The translations under genes were made by a program, and so were the position numbers. The notes beneath the pieces are model-generated. The model was not told where the DNA came from. It saw only the letters and a list, made by a program, of their open reading frames with translations, and did no database searches. A stretch of DNA of 56,514 nucleotides from Gemmatimonadales bacterium (GTDB lineage: Bacteria > Gemmatimonadota > Gemmatimonadetes > Gemmatimonadales > GWC2-71-9). Position 1 is the stretch's first letter; the number at the start of each line of letters is the position of its first letter. Positions 1 through 9,144 of the stretch are shown piece after piece. Location: positions 1 to 56,514 of the forward strand of contig JBDIWC010000026.1 in assembly GCA_039794085.1 (NCBI GenBank), in the 5' to 3' direction.

Positions 1-92
1 AGGCCAGGTGTCGGGCCGCATCTGGTCTTGGGAGTAGGAACCCCGCAGACCGCGAGCATACCCGGGCAGTATCTGTGGCTCCGAGTGTGTAA

Positions 93-124
93 GCCTCTTT
101 GGTTCCGGCTCTGCCGGCTTAGGG
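93..124 (+). repeat. Solo right-end motif of the ~340-bp dispersed element (GCCTCTTTGGTTCCGGCTCTGCCGGCTTAGGG)
   Basis: Near-identical to 444-475 and 3630-3661; contains the hairpin CCGGC-TCT-GCCGG. Confidence 0.85.
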
Positions 125-140
125 AGTCGGGAGCAGGGTG

Positions 141-477
141 TAGTCCCTTACGGACAAGATTGAACGCAAAACGACAACAAAACTTCGGAGGCCGCCCGGA
201 AACCCTTGTCGGCAGTGCGTTTGACGGCTCCCCTGAAGGCATCCAACTTTGAGGCGTTTGGTGCGTTCACGTCGCGGATCGCCGCGTCGAGGCGAGTGGT
301 GTTTCCCGGGGCTGACGCCCCTTGCTCGGCCAGGGGAGGTGGCTCACGCCACCGGCAGCCCAGACGAACACCCGGCCGTGTGAACGGCCTCTCGCCGCCG
401 AGCCCGGGGCGAGAGCCCCGGGGAACCCACGCGACCCCGAGGCGCCTCTTTGGTTCCGGGTCTGCCGGCTTAGGGTG
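141..477 (+). mobile_element. ~340-bp structured dispersed repeat, copy 1 (MITE-like or ncRNA-like, non-coding)
   Basis: Aligns end to end with 3322-3663; its 5' ~60 bp recur at 56361; several GC hairpins; no credible ORF. Confidence 0.7.
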
Positions 478-649
478 TAGGCGGCAGAGGGTTGGAGCGA
501 ACGGGCTCCCTTCCCTGGGGCGTCTCCCTGAGGATTGTCCAGGAGTGGAGCATCACCACCGTGGGGACTGAGCGGTCCCTACATGTTCGGCTCTTGATCC
601 CACGACAGAGTGTGCGTAGGTTCCATTTTGGTATCACTATGGAGCCATC

Positions 650-892
650 ATGCCGACGCTGACGATCAAGGGTCTCCCCGACCCTATCTACCGACGCCTG
701 AAGGAACAGGCCGACGCCCACCGGCGGAGCCTCAACGGCGAGATCATCGTCTGCCTGGAACGAGCGGTGGGTGCAAGGCGGGCGGACCCAGGCGCGTGGC
801 TGTCGGCGGCGCAGGCCTTCCGGGAGCGGCTCCGGCTCCAACCGTTGACCGACCATGACCTGCGGACCGCACGCCAGACGGGCCGAGCGTGA
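650..892 (+). CDS. Ribbon-helix-helix antitoxin (FitA/Arc-like, VapB partner)
   Basis: MPTLTIKGLPDPIYRRLKEQADAHRRSLNGEII matches the RHH pattern; GTGA overlap with the downstream PIN toxin. Confidence 0.9.
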   Translation: MPTLTIKGLPDPIYRRLKEQADAHRRSLNGEIIVCLERAVGARRADPGAWLSAAQAFRERLRLQPLTDHDLRTARQTGRA

Positions 893-1299
893 TCGTCGCG
901 GACGTCAACCTGGTCGCGTATCTGCTCCTGGGCGGGCCGGAAACCGCCTTGGCCCAGCGCGTTTTTGAGAAGGATCCGGTCTGGGCCGCGCCCCTCCTGT
1001 GGCGGAGCGAGTTCCGCAGCGTCCTGGCGGCCTTCATGCGCCAGCGCGGATTAAGCGCGAGCGACGCCTGGCGGGCCCATGAGCTTGCCGAGGGGCTCCT
1101 GGGCGGCCATGAGTTCTCGGTCCCCGGGGACCGCATCCTGCACCTGGTGGCCGCCTCCCCCTGCTCCGCGTATGATTGCGAGTATGTCGCGCTGGCGGAG
1201 GAGCTCGGCGTGCCGCTGGTGACGGCGGACCGGCAGGTCCTGCGAGCCTTTGCGGGGATCGCCGTCAGCCCGAAGAACTTCGTCGGCAGCGCGGCCTGA
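889..1299 (+). CDS. vapC: PIN-domain toxin (VapC family)
   Basis: IVADVN N-terminus, SAYDCEYVALAE and LVTAD PIN motifs; 136 aa; coupled to the antitoxin. Confidence 0.9.
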   Translation: MIVADVNLVAYLLLGGPETALAQRVFEKDPVWAAPLLWRSEFRSVLAAFMRQRGLSASDAWRAHELAEGLLGGHEFSVPGDRILHLVAASPCSAYDCEYVALAEELGVPLVTADRQVLRAFAGIAVSPKNFVGSAA

Positions 1300-1378
1300 C
1301 CGGCGCGGGCACTGGAGAACGTCGGCGACCACGTCGGCATGCCGGATCGCGTCCTGAGCGGCAATGCACTGAAGGGGA

Positions 1379-2071
1379 ATGACAAAAATGGGGCTCGACG
1401 GCGTTGAACTCGTCATGGAGCTGGAAGAGCGGTTTCAGATCGTCATTCCCGACGCGGATGCTGCTGACCTCCGCACCCCCCGCAACGTCATCGATTACAT
1501 CTACAAACGCGTCGCTCATGCTTCCGATCCCACCTGCCTCACCCAGAGGGCCTTCTACCGTGTCCGGCAGGCCCTGATACAGGTGCTCGGTATCCCCCGC
1601 GGCACAATCGTCAGGGATGCCCGCCTGGAGCACCTCGTCCCGCGACAACGCCGACGGGCTCTCTGGAAGGCCCTGGCCGACGCCTCGAAGGTTCCGGCGT
1701 GGCCGCCGCTCACGCGTCCTCCATGGGTCACGGTGCCGGTGACGGTTTTTTCCATCGCCATGGGCATGGGACTGGCTGCGATCACGGATTCAGGCGTTTT
1801 CCTCCCGTCCCTGGGTGCGATTGCGGCTCTCACTTTGGGCATCCTCGCGACCAAACCCCTCAGGTTCTCCGTGGCCCGCCAATGGCCGACGGTGGGTGGC
1901 GTCGCACAGTACCTGGCGGTTCACGCTCCGGCGGCCCTCCTCACGCCGACGCCCGCATGGACCCGGGATCAAGTAAGGCAGGTGGTGAGGGCCACGATCA
2001 CCGACGAGCTCGGTATCAGTCCGGACTTCGACGACAGCGCGGAGTTCGTCCGAGACTTGGGGGTCGACTGA
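1379..2071 (+). CDS. Acyl-carrier-protein-like membrane protein (split/permuted ACP fold, two TM segments)
   Basis: N-terminal GLDGVELVMELEERFQIVIPDADA; C-terminal DELGI...FVRDLGVD; central hydrophobic hairpin. Confidence 0.7.
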   Translation: MTKMGLDGVELVMELEERFQIVIPDADAADLRTPRNVIDYIYKRVAHASDPTCLTQRAFYRVRQALIQVLGIPRGTIVRDARLEHLVPRQRRRALWKALADASKVPAWPPLTRPPWVTVPVTVFSIAMGMGLAAITDSGVFLPSLGAIAALTLGILATKPLRFSVARQWPTVGGVAQYLAVHAPAALLTPTPAWTRDQVRQVVRATITDELGISPDFDDSAEFVRDLGVD

Positions 2072-2221
2072 TCCCGGCCGCGGACCGAAGTCGCGGTGAA
2101 GAGGTTGAGGCCCGGTTTCCTTTGGCTTGCGGACATATCGGACAGGAGCCATTCCTTTCGACGCGTTTCAGGTGACTTGTTTTCATTGGTGATAAATGGC
2201 CGACCGCGATATCGAGGGATC

Positions 2222-2638
2222 ATGAGTACCCCGACACTGGTGCACGAGTTCTACGCCCGGATCTGGAACGCGGGCGACCTCGAAGCGGCCTCCGCGCTGC
2301 TCACCCCGGACTTCTCCTTCCGCGGCTCGCTCGGCAATGAACTCCGCGGGCAGGACGCGTTCATCGAGTATGTGCTGTCGGTCCGGGGCTCCCTCTCCGA
2401 GTACCACTGCGAGGTTCTGGCCTGCGTCACCGAAGGCGACAAGGCGTTCGCGAAGATGCTCTTCTCCGGGCGACATACGGCGGAGTTCAGAGGCTTCCCT
2501 CCCACGGGCAGACCGGTGGAATGGCTGGGCGGTGCGTTGTTCCGCTTCGAAGGGGACCGCATCGCCGAGCTGTGGGTGCTTGGTGACTTACAGGGACTGG
2601 ATGCAATGCTCGAATCGGGCCGACCGACAGACCCGTGA
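2222..2638 (+). CDS. SnoaL-like ester cyclase family protein
   Basis: EFYARIWNAGD, FSGRHTAEFRGFPPTGRPVEW, ELWVLGD; ATG at 2222 follows GAGGG. Confidence 0.85.
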   Translation: MSTPTLVHEFYARIWNAGDLEAASALLTPDFSFRGSLGNELRGQDAFIEYVLSVRGSLSEYHCEVLACVTEGDKAFAKMLFSGRHTAEFRGFPPTGRPVEWLGGALFRFEGDRIAELWVLGDLQGLDAMLESGRPTDP

Positions 2639-2681
2639 ACCCCTCCGATCTGACTGTCTCCCTCGAATCGGAGTCAGGTTG

Positions 2682-3194
2682 ATGAACGACGATCTCCGCA
2701 GCCTTCTCCCCAGCGCCATGGTCCTCGGTGTGGCCGCTGCCATCGCGCTCTTCCTCACTCTCGCGCGCGATTGGGCCCACGACAGCAAGCAGATCATCCG
2801 GGGTGCGGTCCACCTTGCCGTGATCACCACCCTCTTCCAGGCCGCCCACTTCACCGAGGAACTCGTGACCGGTTTTCACGAGCAGTTCCCGGCACTGCTC
2901 GGCCTTCCCCCCATGCCGATCCGGGTCTTCGTGGTTTTCAATTTCGCCTGGCTCATGATCTGGAGTCTCTCCGCCTGGGGCCTGGCCGCACGCCGCCGGG
3001 CAGCCCTCTTCCCTCTCTGGTTCCTGGGCATCGCAAGCGCGGTCAACGGGGTGGCACATCCTCTGTTCTCGGTTCTGGCGGGAGGGTATTTCCCCGGCCT
3101 GGTGACCTCTCCCGTCGCCGGCCTCCTGGGTGTTCTGCTCCTTCGGCGTTTGGCTCTCCTCACCCGGGGCGGCTCCTCGCCAGGGTACACCTGA
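2682..3194 (+). CDS. HXXEE-domain membrane protein
   Basis: HFTEE motif, NGVAHP and GYFPGLVTSP motifs, several TM helices. Confidence 0.75.
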   Translation: MNDDLRSLLPSAMVLGVAAAIALFLTLARDWAHDSKQIIRGAVHLAVITTLFQAAHFTEELVTGFHEQFPALLGLPPMPIRVFVVFNFAWLMIWSLSAWGLAARRRAALFPLWFLGIASAVNGVAHPLFSVLAGGYFPGLVTSPVAGLLGVLLLRRLALLTRGGSSPGYT

Positions 3195-3321
3195 CTCGGT
3201 GTTCGGGTGGGAGACTTTGTGAAAGATTTGGCTCTCCAGGCTTTGGCATGGGTTCATGTCCACCCGGAGAGCCTCCTCTCCCCCAGGGAGTTAACCGCGA
3301 GGGAAGTACCAAGAGCAGAAA

Positions 3322-3663
3322 TAGTCCCTTACAAACAGGATTGAACACAAAACGGCAACAATATTATGGGCGACGTCCGGAAACCCGCGCAGGCAGTGCG
3401 TTTGAAGGCGGTTGGGAGGGCATTCAACTTTGAGGCATCTCGATGTTCGCGTCGCGGAGCGTCGCCGTGGCCCGGCGATTGGTTTTTCCCGGGGCTGACG
3501 CCCCTTGCTCGGCCAGGGGAGGTGGCTCACGCCACCGGCAGCCCCGACGAACATCCGGCCGTGTGAACGGCCTCTCGCCGCCGAGCCCGGGGCGAAAGCC
3601 CCGGGGAACTCACGCGAAAAACTCGACGCGCCTCTTTGGTTCCGGCTCTGCCGGCTTAGGGTG
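3322..3663 (+). mobile_element. ~340-bp structured dispersed repeat, copy 2
   Basis: Same termini as copy 1 (TAGTCCCTTAC...CCGGCTTAGGGTG); the hairpin-rich 3' half is nearly identical. Confidence 0.7.
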
Positions 3664-3776
3664 ACAGAATGGGCTCTCCCGAGTTTCATCTGAAGCGGGC
3701 GACCACCCTGCAGCTCTCCGTCCTGGATGGATCCAGAATGGCCTCCCGCACGGAGGCGGTAGACCCCCCACCCCCG

Positions 3777-3804
3777 TTCGTGCCCTTTCGTGCCTTTCGT
3801 GGTT
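3777..3804. repeat. Short imperfect tandem repeat (TTCGTGCC(C)T)n
   Basis: TTCGTGCCCTTTCGTGCCTTTCGTGGTT; related units at 5829-5858, 7121-7165, 7247-7268, 7358-7387 and 56471-56502. Confidence 0.7.
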
Positions 3805-4019
3805 GACTCCTTTTCCCCTCCGCGCCTCCACGTAGCGTGCTCTCGCGGGCCGGCCAGGCCCGACCCACACGAAACCCGGAAGAGCGAAGGATTTCACAAT
3901 TCCGCGGTTGGGGGGATCGGCCCCGTGCCGGGGTTACCAGCATGAACGCCAGGAAGTATGGTTCGGAGAGTCCTCCACAGCACGACCATCATACGCACCC
4001 AGAGCCAGGAGAGGACCGA

Positions 4020-4679
4020 ATGGCGAAGCCGTACCTGGAGCGCCTCGCGGCAATGGTGGTCAGCGATCGCCAGACCGCGTCTGGGCGTCATCCTGCGAGG
4101 TCAAGTTCCATGAGGGATTCAAGGCCCACGGCGGAGCCCCGTCGTGGGCTACGTCCGGCATGGCCGTTTCTCTTCGCCCTCCTGGCCGGATATGCCGGGT
4201 GCCTGGAAGCACAATCCACTGGGGCAGTGCCGTCCGTGACGGGGTTCCTCGGCTACACACCCGAGGAACCCGAGGGGTTTCTGGCTGGGGTGGAACTCCG
4301 TACTCCGGAGCTGGGTCGGTGGTCAGTGGCCGCCAGTGGGAGTACCTGGGGATTCAACGTCGGCTGTGACCTGATCACCGGGCCGCCGTGCCCCGGTGAG
4401 AATGCCAAAGCATTCGACATTGGACCAGTCGTCCGCCTCACCCCACGCGGTCTCTCCTGGCGACTCGAGGCAACCGCCAGGCTCGGTGGCCTCTGGTTCA
4501 ACAGGATCGATGGTGGGGTCTGGAACCCTAGCGCCGGTCTGGCTCTCGGGTTCGGAGAGTTGCGAAGAGTGGGGGTGATGCTCGGACTCCGTTATCACGC
4601 ACTCACCGGCACCATCCCACCCCCTCGGGATACCAATGACCGTGTGGTGGTATCGGCCGGGCTGCAACTTCACCTCTAG
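4020..4679 (+). CDS. Hypothetical exported beta-rich protein (start 4020 or 4110)
   Basis: RBS AGGAGAGG before 4020; hydrophobic signal-like segment; alternating beta-strand pattern ending VSAGLQLHL. Confidence 0.55.
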   Translation: MAKPYLERLAAMVVSDRQTASGRHPARSSSMRDSRPTAEPRRGLRPAWPFLFALLAGYAGCLEAQSTGAVPSVTGFLGYTPEEPEGFLAGVELRTPELGRWSVAASGSTWGFNVGCDLITGPPCPGENAKAFDIGPVVRLTPRGLSWRLEATARLGGLWFNRIDGGVWNPSAGLALGFGELRRVGVMLGLRYHALTGTIPPPRDTNDRVVVSAGLQLHL

Positions 4680-4746
4680 GATCGCCGCATATCCAGCGGC
4701 ACCTTGGGCGCGAGGACTTCGTACATCTTCCACAGGACGGAACCCC

Positions 4747-5100
4747 ATGGAAAGGACCGGAAAGGACCCCTCAGCGTACATCGAGTTGTTACCCGCCGAA
4801 CGCCGGGAGGAAATGAGTCGCCTCGACGCTCTGATATCCGCCCGCATGGAAGGGCACTCGCGGGCACTCTGGGCGGGCACGTTCTGGGGAGGAACCGAGC
4901 AGACCATCCGGGTGCTCTTTCTCATCGGTCCGCTGAACCTGCGTTCCCGGCGGGCCGTGGAAAAGATCGGCGGGGTGGCCGTGGGGTCGCGGGTCGATGC
5001 GGGTGGCCGGGAGAGCATCGTCTACCAGATCACCCCGACCGCAGCACGCCCTGCGCTTCTGTGGAGTCCATCGAACATCCGGAGCGATTTCCCCTCGTGA
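4747..5100 (+). pseudogene. Chimeric ORF: DUF1801-like N-terminus joined to a GNAT acetyltransferase C-terminus
   Basis: LWAGTFWGGTEQTI (DUF1801-like) is followed abruptly by RVLFLIGPLNLRSRRAVEKIGG (RimJ/RimL GNAT C-terminal motif). Confidence 0.6.
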
Positions 5101-5283
5101 GCCACAACGCCGTCTGAGAAGGCCCCCCCCTCCCCTGGCCCGGTCCGAACCACGGGGGTTACCGTAGTCGACGATGGGGGGTACTGTTGTGAGGCTTCTT
5201 CTGGTCACCCAGGTGTTCCGACTGTGGTGTGCCTCCCTCTTGAAGCCCGTACGGTCCGTTGCTCACCACACCAGGAGACCGTC

Positions 5284-5775
5284 ATGAAGTTGCTTACGGG
5301 AGCACTCGCCGCTGCGATCGGGCTCTTCGCCTGTTCACCACAACCGCAGAGCACCGCCGACCCGGATCCGAAGGCCGTACTCCTGGCCTACATCGATGCC
5401 TGGAACCGTCATGATTCGCTGGCGCTGGACACCTTGCTTGCTCCAACCGGCATACACGAAGATTTTGCCTGGGGCTTTCGTGGCGAAGGTCCAGCGGCGG
5501 TGCGGGGTTTCATGCGAGACGTCATCGCCGTGTCGCCGAACTACCGCTGGGAAGTCAACTCGTCCTTCACGGACGGGGAAAGCGTCACGGCGGAGTGGAC
5601 CTGGACGGCCACCTATACCGGTCCCAGCCCGGGCGGGCCCGTCACCAACCAGCCTGTGAGGGGCCGTGGTGCTGCCGTCGCCCGGATCGCGAACGGCAAG
5701 ATCATACTCTTGTCCGATTATTACGACGTGGCCAGCTTCTTCCCAAAACCGGTGGCCGATAGTTCGCGCCGGTGA
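5284..5775 (+). CDS. SnoaL/NTF2-like lipoprotein
   Basis: Lipobox LFAC; YIDAWNRHD; AEWTWTATYTG; DYYD; RBS AGGAG. Confidence 0.85.
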   Translation: MKLLTGALAAAIGLFACSPQPQSTADPDPKAVLLAYIDAWNRHDSLALDTLLAPTGIHEDFAWGFRGEGPAAVRGFMRDVIAVSPNYRWEVNSSFTDGESVTAEWTWTATYTGPSPGGPVTNQPVRGRGAAVARIANGKIILLSDYYDVASFFPKPVADSSRR

Positions 5776-6031
5776 AGGACATTGCCTCGGGACAAATCCT
5801 TTCCGACATTGTGATCTCATCGACGCAGCCTCGGCGTCTCCGCGTCTCCGCGTGAGCCCCTTCTGGGTCCCAGCCCCGTGACCGTCGCTGGACACGGTTG
5901 GAGCCCTGTGGGCTTACCAAATCTGACCGCGCGCTGTACTGTTCTTGAGGCTCCTCCGGCTCTCGCGTGGGTCCGGACGGAGCGAAGCCACAGCCCACCA
6001 AACTCCTGAAGAGCCGGAAAGGAGGAGGACA

Positions 6032-6304
6032 ATGCCGAAGTTCGTGATCGAACGTCACATTCCGGGTGCAGGCCAGCTCTCGTCCGCGGAGTTGCAGGGC
6101 ATCTCGCAGAAGTCGTGCGGGGTCCTTCGGGAGATCGGACCCCAGGTTCAGTGGGTCCACAGCTATGTGACGGACGACAAGATCTACTGCGTGTACATCG
6201 CTCCCGACGAGGCCGCGGTGCGGAAGCATGCTGAGATGGGGGGATTTCCCGCGAACTCCGTGTCGGAGATTCGCTCGGTCATCGATCCGACAACGGCGGA
6301 GTGA
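6032..6304 (+). CDS. DUF4242 domain protein
   Basis: MPKFVIERHIPGAG...WVHSYVTDDKIYCVYIAP...HA...GFPAN; strong RBS GGAGGAGG. Confidence 0.9.
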   Translation: MPKFVIERHIPGAGQLSSAELQGISQKSCGVLREIGPQVQWVHSYVTDDKIYCVYIAPDEAAVRKHAEMGGFPANSVSEIRSVIDPTTAE

Positions 6305-6332
6305 GAAGGCTCCCCGGAAAAGGAGGTTCACA

Positions 6333-6989
6333 ATGCACCCGCTCGCTGCTGTGATGCTGGTTGCCCTGGCGACTCCTGAGGGACGATTGCCCCAGACCAC
6401 GGATTCGTTCGTCACGGTGACGCTGCCCCACGGCGTGTCGGTCGAGGTGCCGGGCACCTGGGTCGTTCACTCCAACAATCAGCCTGTCACCCGGGATTCC
6501 TCTCTTCCGTCGCGCCTCGATCTGTCGCGTGTGTCGTTCGATCACCCTCGGCCTCCCTTCGAAGCCAACCTCTCCGATGAGACCGGCCACACGATCGGGA
6601 TGGTGAGCGCCCGTTACTTCCCCCACCTGGATCTCTCCCAGGCTGACGCACGGGCCATCTCCACCGGCGAACTCCACCAGCTCGATGTCGAGCTCGAGAA
6701 AGAGGTCCGTCGTGGCGTGGCAGATGCGGGGATGTCGCTGACTTCATGGAGAGGCACGACGCGAAAGGATCTCAATGGACTCAGGGTACTCGTCTCCGAA
6801 TACCACCTCCACTCGAAGGATGTGCAGGGTGACTTCCGGGTACGCGTCTTCCACGTGTGGGCAGACCAGAGGTCCTTCACGCTGACCGTCTCGTACTGGG
6901 AGCCTCAGGCGCGCTTGTCGGAGCCCGTTGCGGACCGGATCGTGGGATCTCTGCGGGTGGAAGGGGCGGCTCGCCTTCCTCCGGGATGA
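6333..6989 (+). CDS. Hypothetical secreted protein
   Basis: RBS AGGAGG; signal-peptide-like N-terminus MHPLAAVMLVALA. Confidence 0.65.
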   Translation: MHPLAAVMLVALATPEGRLPQTTDSFVTVTLPHGVSVEVPGTWVVHSNNQPVTRDSSLPSRLDLSRVSFDHPRPPFEANLSDETGHTIGMVSARYFPHLDLSQADARAISTGELHQLDVELEKEVRRGVADAGMSLTSWRGTTRKDLNGLRVLVSEYHLHSKDVQGDFRVRVFHVWADQRSFTLTVSYWEPQARLSEPVADRIVGSLRVEGAARLPPG

Positions 6990-7183
6990 GTCCACAGGTG
7001 CCTCGGGGATCCCCACGGCTGAAGCCGTGAGCCATGCCCTGTGGCCGCTCCGCGGCCGTGTCATGCACTGTTCACCCCACCACAACCGCACCTCGGTTCA
7101 TCCTCCACACACCGTCGTTGCTCCTCGTGACTTCGTGACTTTGTGGCTTCGTGTCCTCGTGTGAGTCATTGCATCCTCGACCC

Positions 7184-7206
7184 TGGACCCCGGCGTCCGC
7201 CGGGTG
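7184..7206. repeat. REP-like palindrome (degenerate)
   Basis: TGGACCCCGGCGTCCGCCGGGTG, same family as 8132 and 8960. Confidence 0.7.
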
Positions 7207-7393
7207 CCGTTCGATGTACGGCCGGGACCTCGACTTCCTTCCCAACCTTCGCGGCTTCGCGTGAGCCCGTTTTCCCGGCTTGAAGACAGGCTCGGGGAAC
7301 GCAACCCCTTCAGGGTTGTCCACCTTCTGCTCATCCGAGTTCCCAGGGCGTTGCGTTTCTTCGTGGCTTCGTGTCTTCGTGTGAGCCCCCTGT

Positions 7394-7484
7394 GAAGTTC
7401 GAAGTTCGAAGTTCGAAGTTCGAAGTGTGAAAAGTGAGCGATGTCACACCTCCTTCACACTTCAAGTTTCCGCCTTCGAACTTC
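7394..7484. repeat. Heptamer tandem repeat (GAAGTTC)x4 with a downstream inverted degenerate copy
   Basis: Read directly; reverse-complement-like units CACTTCAAG and CTTCGAACTTC lie at 7454-7484. Confidence 0.85.
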
Positions 7485-7522
7485 CGTCTTGCGGATCCCG
7501 ACAGCAATCCATACAATCGCTC

Positions 7523-7678
7523 ATGAATATTCCGCTGGAATGCCACCCGTTGACCCCCGAGCGCTGGAGCGACTGCGAGCAGCTGTTCGGCCGGAACGGT
7601 CATCGACCATGTCCGCGGGAAGGGTGGTACCCTCGTGGCGAGGTCGAAGCAGGCGATAGGCGGTTCTTCGAACCATGA
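7523..7678 (+). pseudogene. Truncated GNAT acetyltransferase N-terminus
   Basis: LECHPLTPERWSDCEQLFGRNG resembles the start of the GNAT family that normally continues GACGGCWC; similarity is lost after ~26 aa. Confidence 0.55.
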
Positions 7679-8115
7679 ACATCCCGTCTCCCGGATCCCT
7701 CGACGAGCGCTCCGCCCACGAGGAACTCCAGTGCTACACCCTCACGCTCGGCGATCCAACCTTCATCCACCAGCATGTGGTGGATGCCTGGACGGCGCAG
7801 CACGCCGACCCCGGGGGCAAACCCATCGCCCTGGCCTTTGCGCTGGCCGGTCTCCATCTCCACCTGGAGCGAGGATTCTCCGGCCGCGAAGTCCAACGGG
7901 CCCACATGGCCATGGCACGGGCAACGAAGGAAACGAAGGAATGGCCCCGCTTTCCGATCCCGGAGGATCGAGGCGCCGTCACCGCCATCGACGTGATGAG
8001 GGCCGCTCCCGGCCCTGACCGGGTGCAAGCGCTCCACGCCTGGTGCGCCTCGGTGTGGGCCGCGTTCCACGAGAGCCACCGGGCGGTCGCAGAACTCGTT
8101 CAAGTTCGAAGTTAG
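7675..8115 (+). CDS. DUF5946 family protein
   Basis: HQHVVDAWTAQH...FALAGLHLHLERGFSGREVQRAH...WCASVWAAF. Confidence 0.8.
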   Translation: MNIPSPGSLDERSAHEELQCYTLTLGDPTFIHQHVVDAWTAQHADPGGKPIALAFALAGLHLHLERGFSGREVQRAHMAMARATKETKEWPRFPIPEDRGAVTAIDVMRAAPGPDRVQALHAWCASVWAAFHESHRAVAELVQVRS

Positions 8116-8131
8116 AAGTTCGACGTGTGAA

Positions 8132-8159
8132 GTGGACCCCGGCGTTCGCCGGGGTGACG
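8132..8159. repeat. REP-like palindrome
   Basis: GTGGACCCCGGCGTTCGCCGGGGTGACG, preceded by GAAGTTC-type heptamers that overlap the DUF5946 stop codon. Confidence 0.85.
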
Positions 8160-8219
8160 CTCCGACGTGAGCTCCATGTGCCGACTTACAAAACAGAACA
8201 CGAGTACTATTCTTGTGTT

Positions 8220-8873
8220 ATGCGACCGGAACCCGCCGAGCCCCAGCAGACGCGCAGTCGAAGGACGCGCAAGGCGATTCTCAAGGCCGCTTTGGAGCTC
8301 CTCGCCACGAAACCGTTTCATGATGTCTCCGTCACGGAGATTGTGACTCGGGCTGGCGTCTCTGTCGGGGCCTTCTACTCCCGATTCGCGTCCAAGGAGT
8401 CCCTCCTCGACGCCCTCGACGCTCAGCTTTCTGACGAATTCCACCATTTCCTCGACCAAGCCTTTCCCGACCCTGAGGAGGAGATCCCGGAGCCCATCAC
8501 CCCCGGTTTCGCGCCGGGACCCATGGAGATCCTGGCCCGGTACACCTCGGCCAATGTTCGTTTTTGCCGGACTCACCGGGAACCCCTAGTCCAGATCAAC
8601 CGCCACGCGGACCCCACCTCTCCCGCCCGATCGGCACGCTGGCGGCGCCTCCACACCATCTCCCAGACTCGCCTCGCCACTCGCCTCCAGCAGGTCAACC
8701 CGGCAATCCCCACCGGCCTTCGGCTCCATCTCGCCCTCTTCATGATCCGCGCGGCCACCCGGGATGGCGTCCTCCGGGATGCCCTGCGGGAGTGCCCGGT
8801 CGCCATCAACGACGACATCCTGATCCGCGAGATCGCCCGGTCGGCCGTGGCTTACCTCGTGTCTTCACCCTGA
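8220..8873 (+). CDS. TetR/AcrR family transcriptional regulator
   Basis: QTRSRRTRKAILKAA...SVTEIVTRAGVSVGAFYSRFASKE helix-turn-helix. Confidence 0.92.
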   Translation: MRPEPAEPQQTRSRRTRKAILKAALELLATKPFHDVSVTEIVTRAGVSVGAFYSRFASKESLLDALDAQLSDEFHHFLDQAFPDPEEEIPEPITPGFAPGPMEILARYTSANVRFCRTHREPLVQINRHADPTSPARSARWRRLHTISQTRLATRLQQVNPAIPTGLRLHLALFMIRAATRDGVLRDALRECPVAINDDILIREIARSAVAYLVSSP

Positions 8874-8959
8874 GGTCGTCTGACCCGCTGGCCCCTCAGA
8901 CACTCACCGATGTGTTCATCACCGTCTCGAGGGTACCGTCGGCCAGTCCCTTCAAGGAA

Positions 8960-9028
8960 CGTCACCCCGGCGAAAGCCGGGGTCCACTCTCCGCCTTGGC
9001 ATGGATTCCGGCGTGCGCCGGAATGACG
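8960..9028. repeat. Inverted pair of REP-like palindromes (BIME-like doublet)
   Basis: CGTCACCCCGGCGAAAGCCGGGGTCCAC (8960-8987) and TGGATTCCGGCGTGCGCCGGAATGACG (9002-9028). Confidence 0.85.
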
Positions 9029-9144
9029 GCCCGTGGGGACCTGAAGTCCAGGTGTCCGTCGTCCGGCTGACATTGATTTCCGAGTAAACCTGTCGCATAC
9101 TCTCCAGGCTGGCTCTTCACCATCCACATGATCCGGAGGTACCC

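Noticed and set aside
206..571. ORFs inside the dispersed element (also 3443-3664)
   Set aside because: Reading frames and starts are not conserved between copies, and there are no transposase motifs
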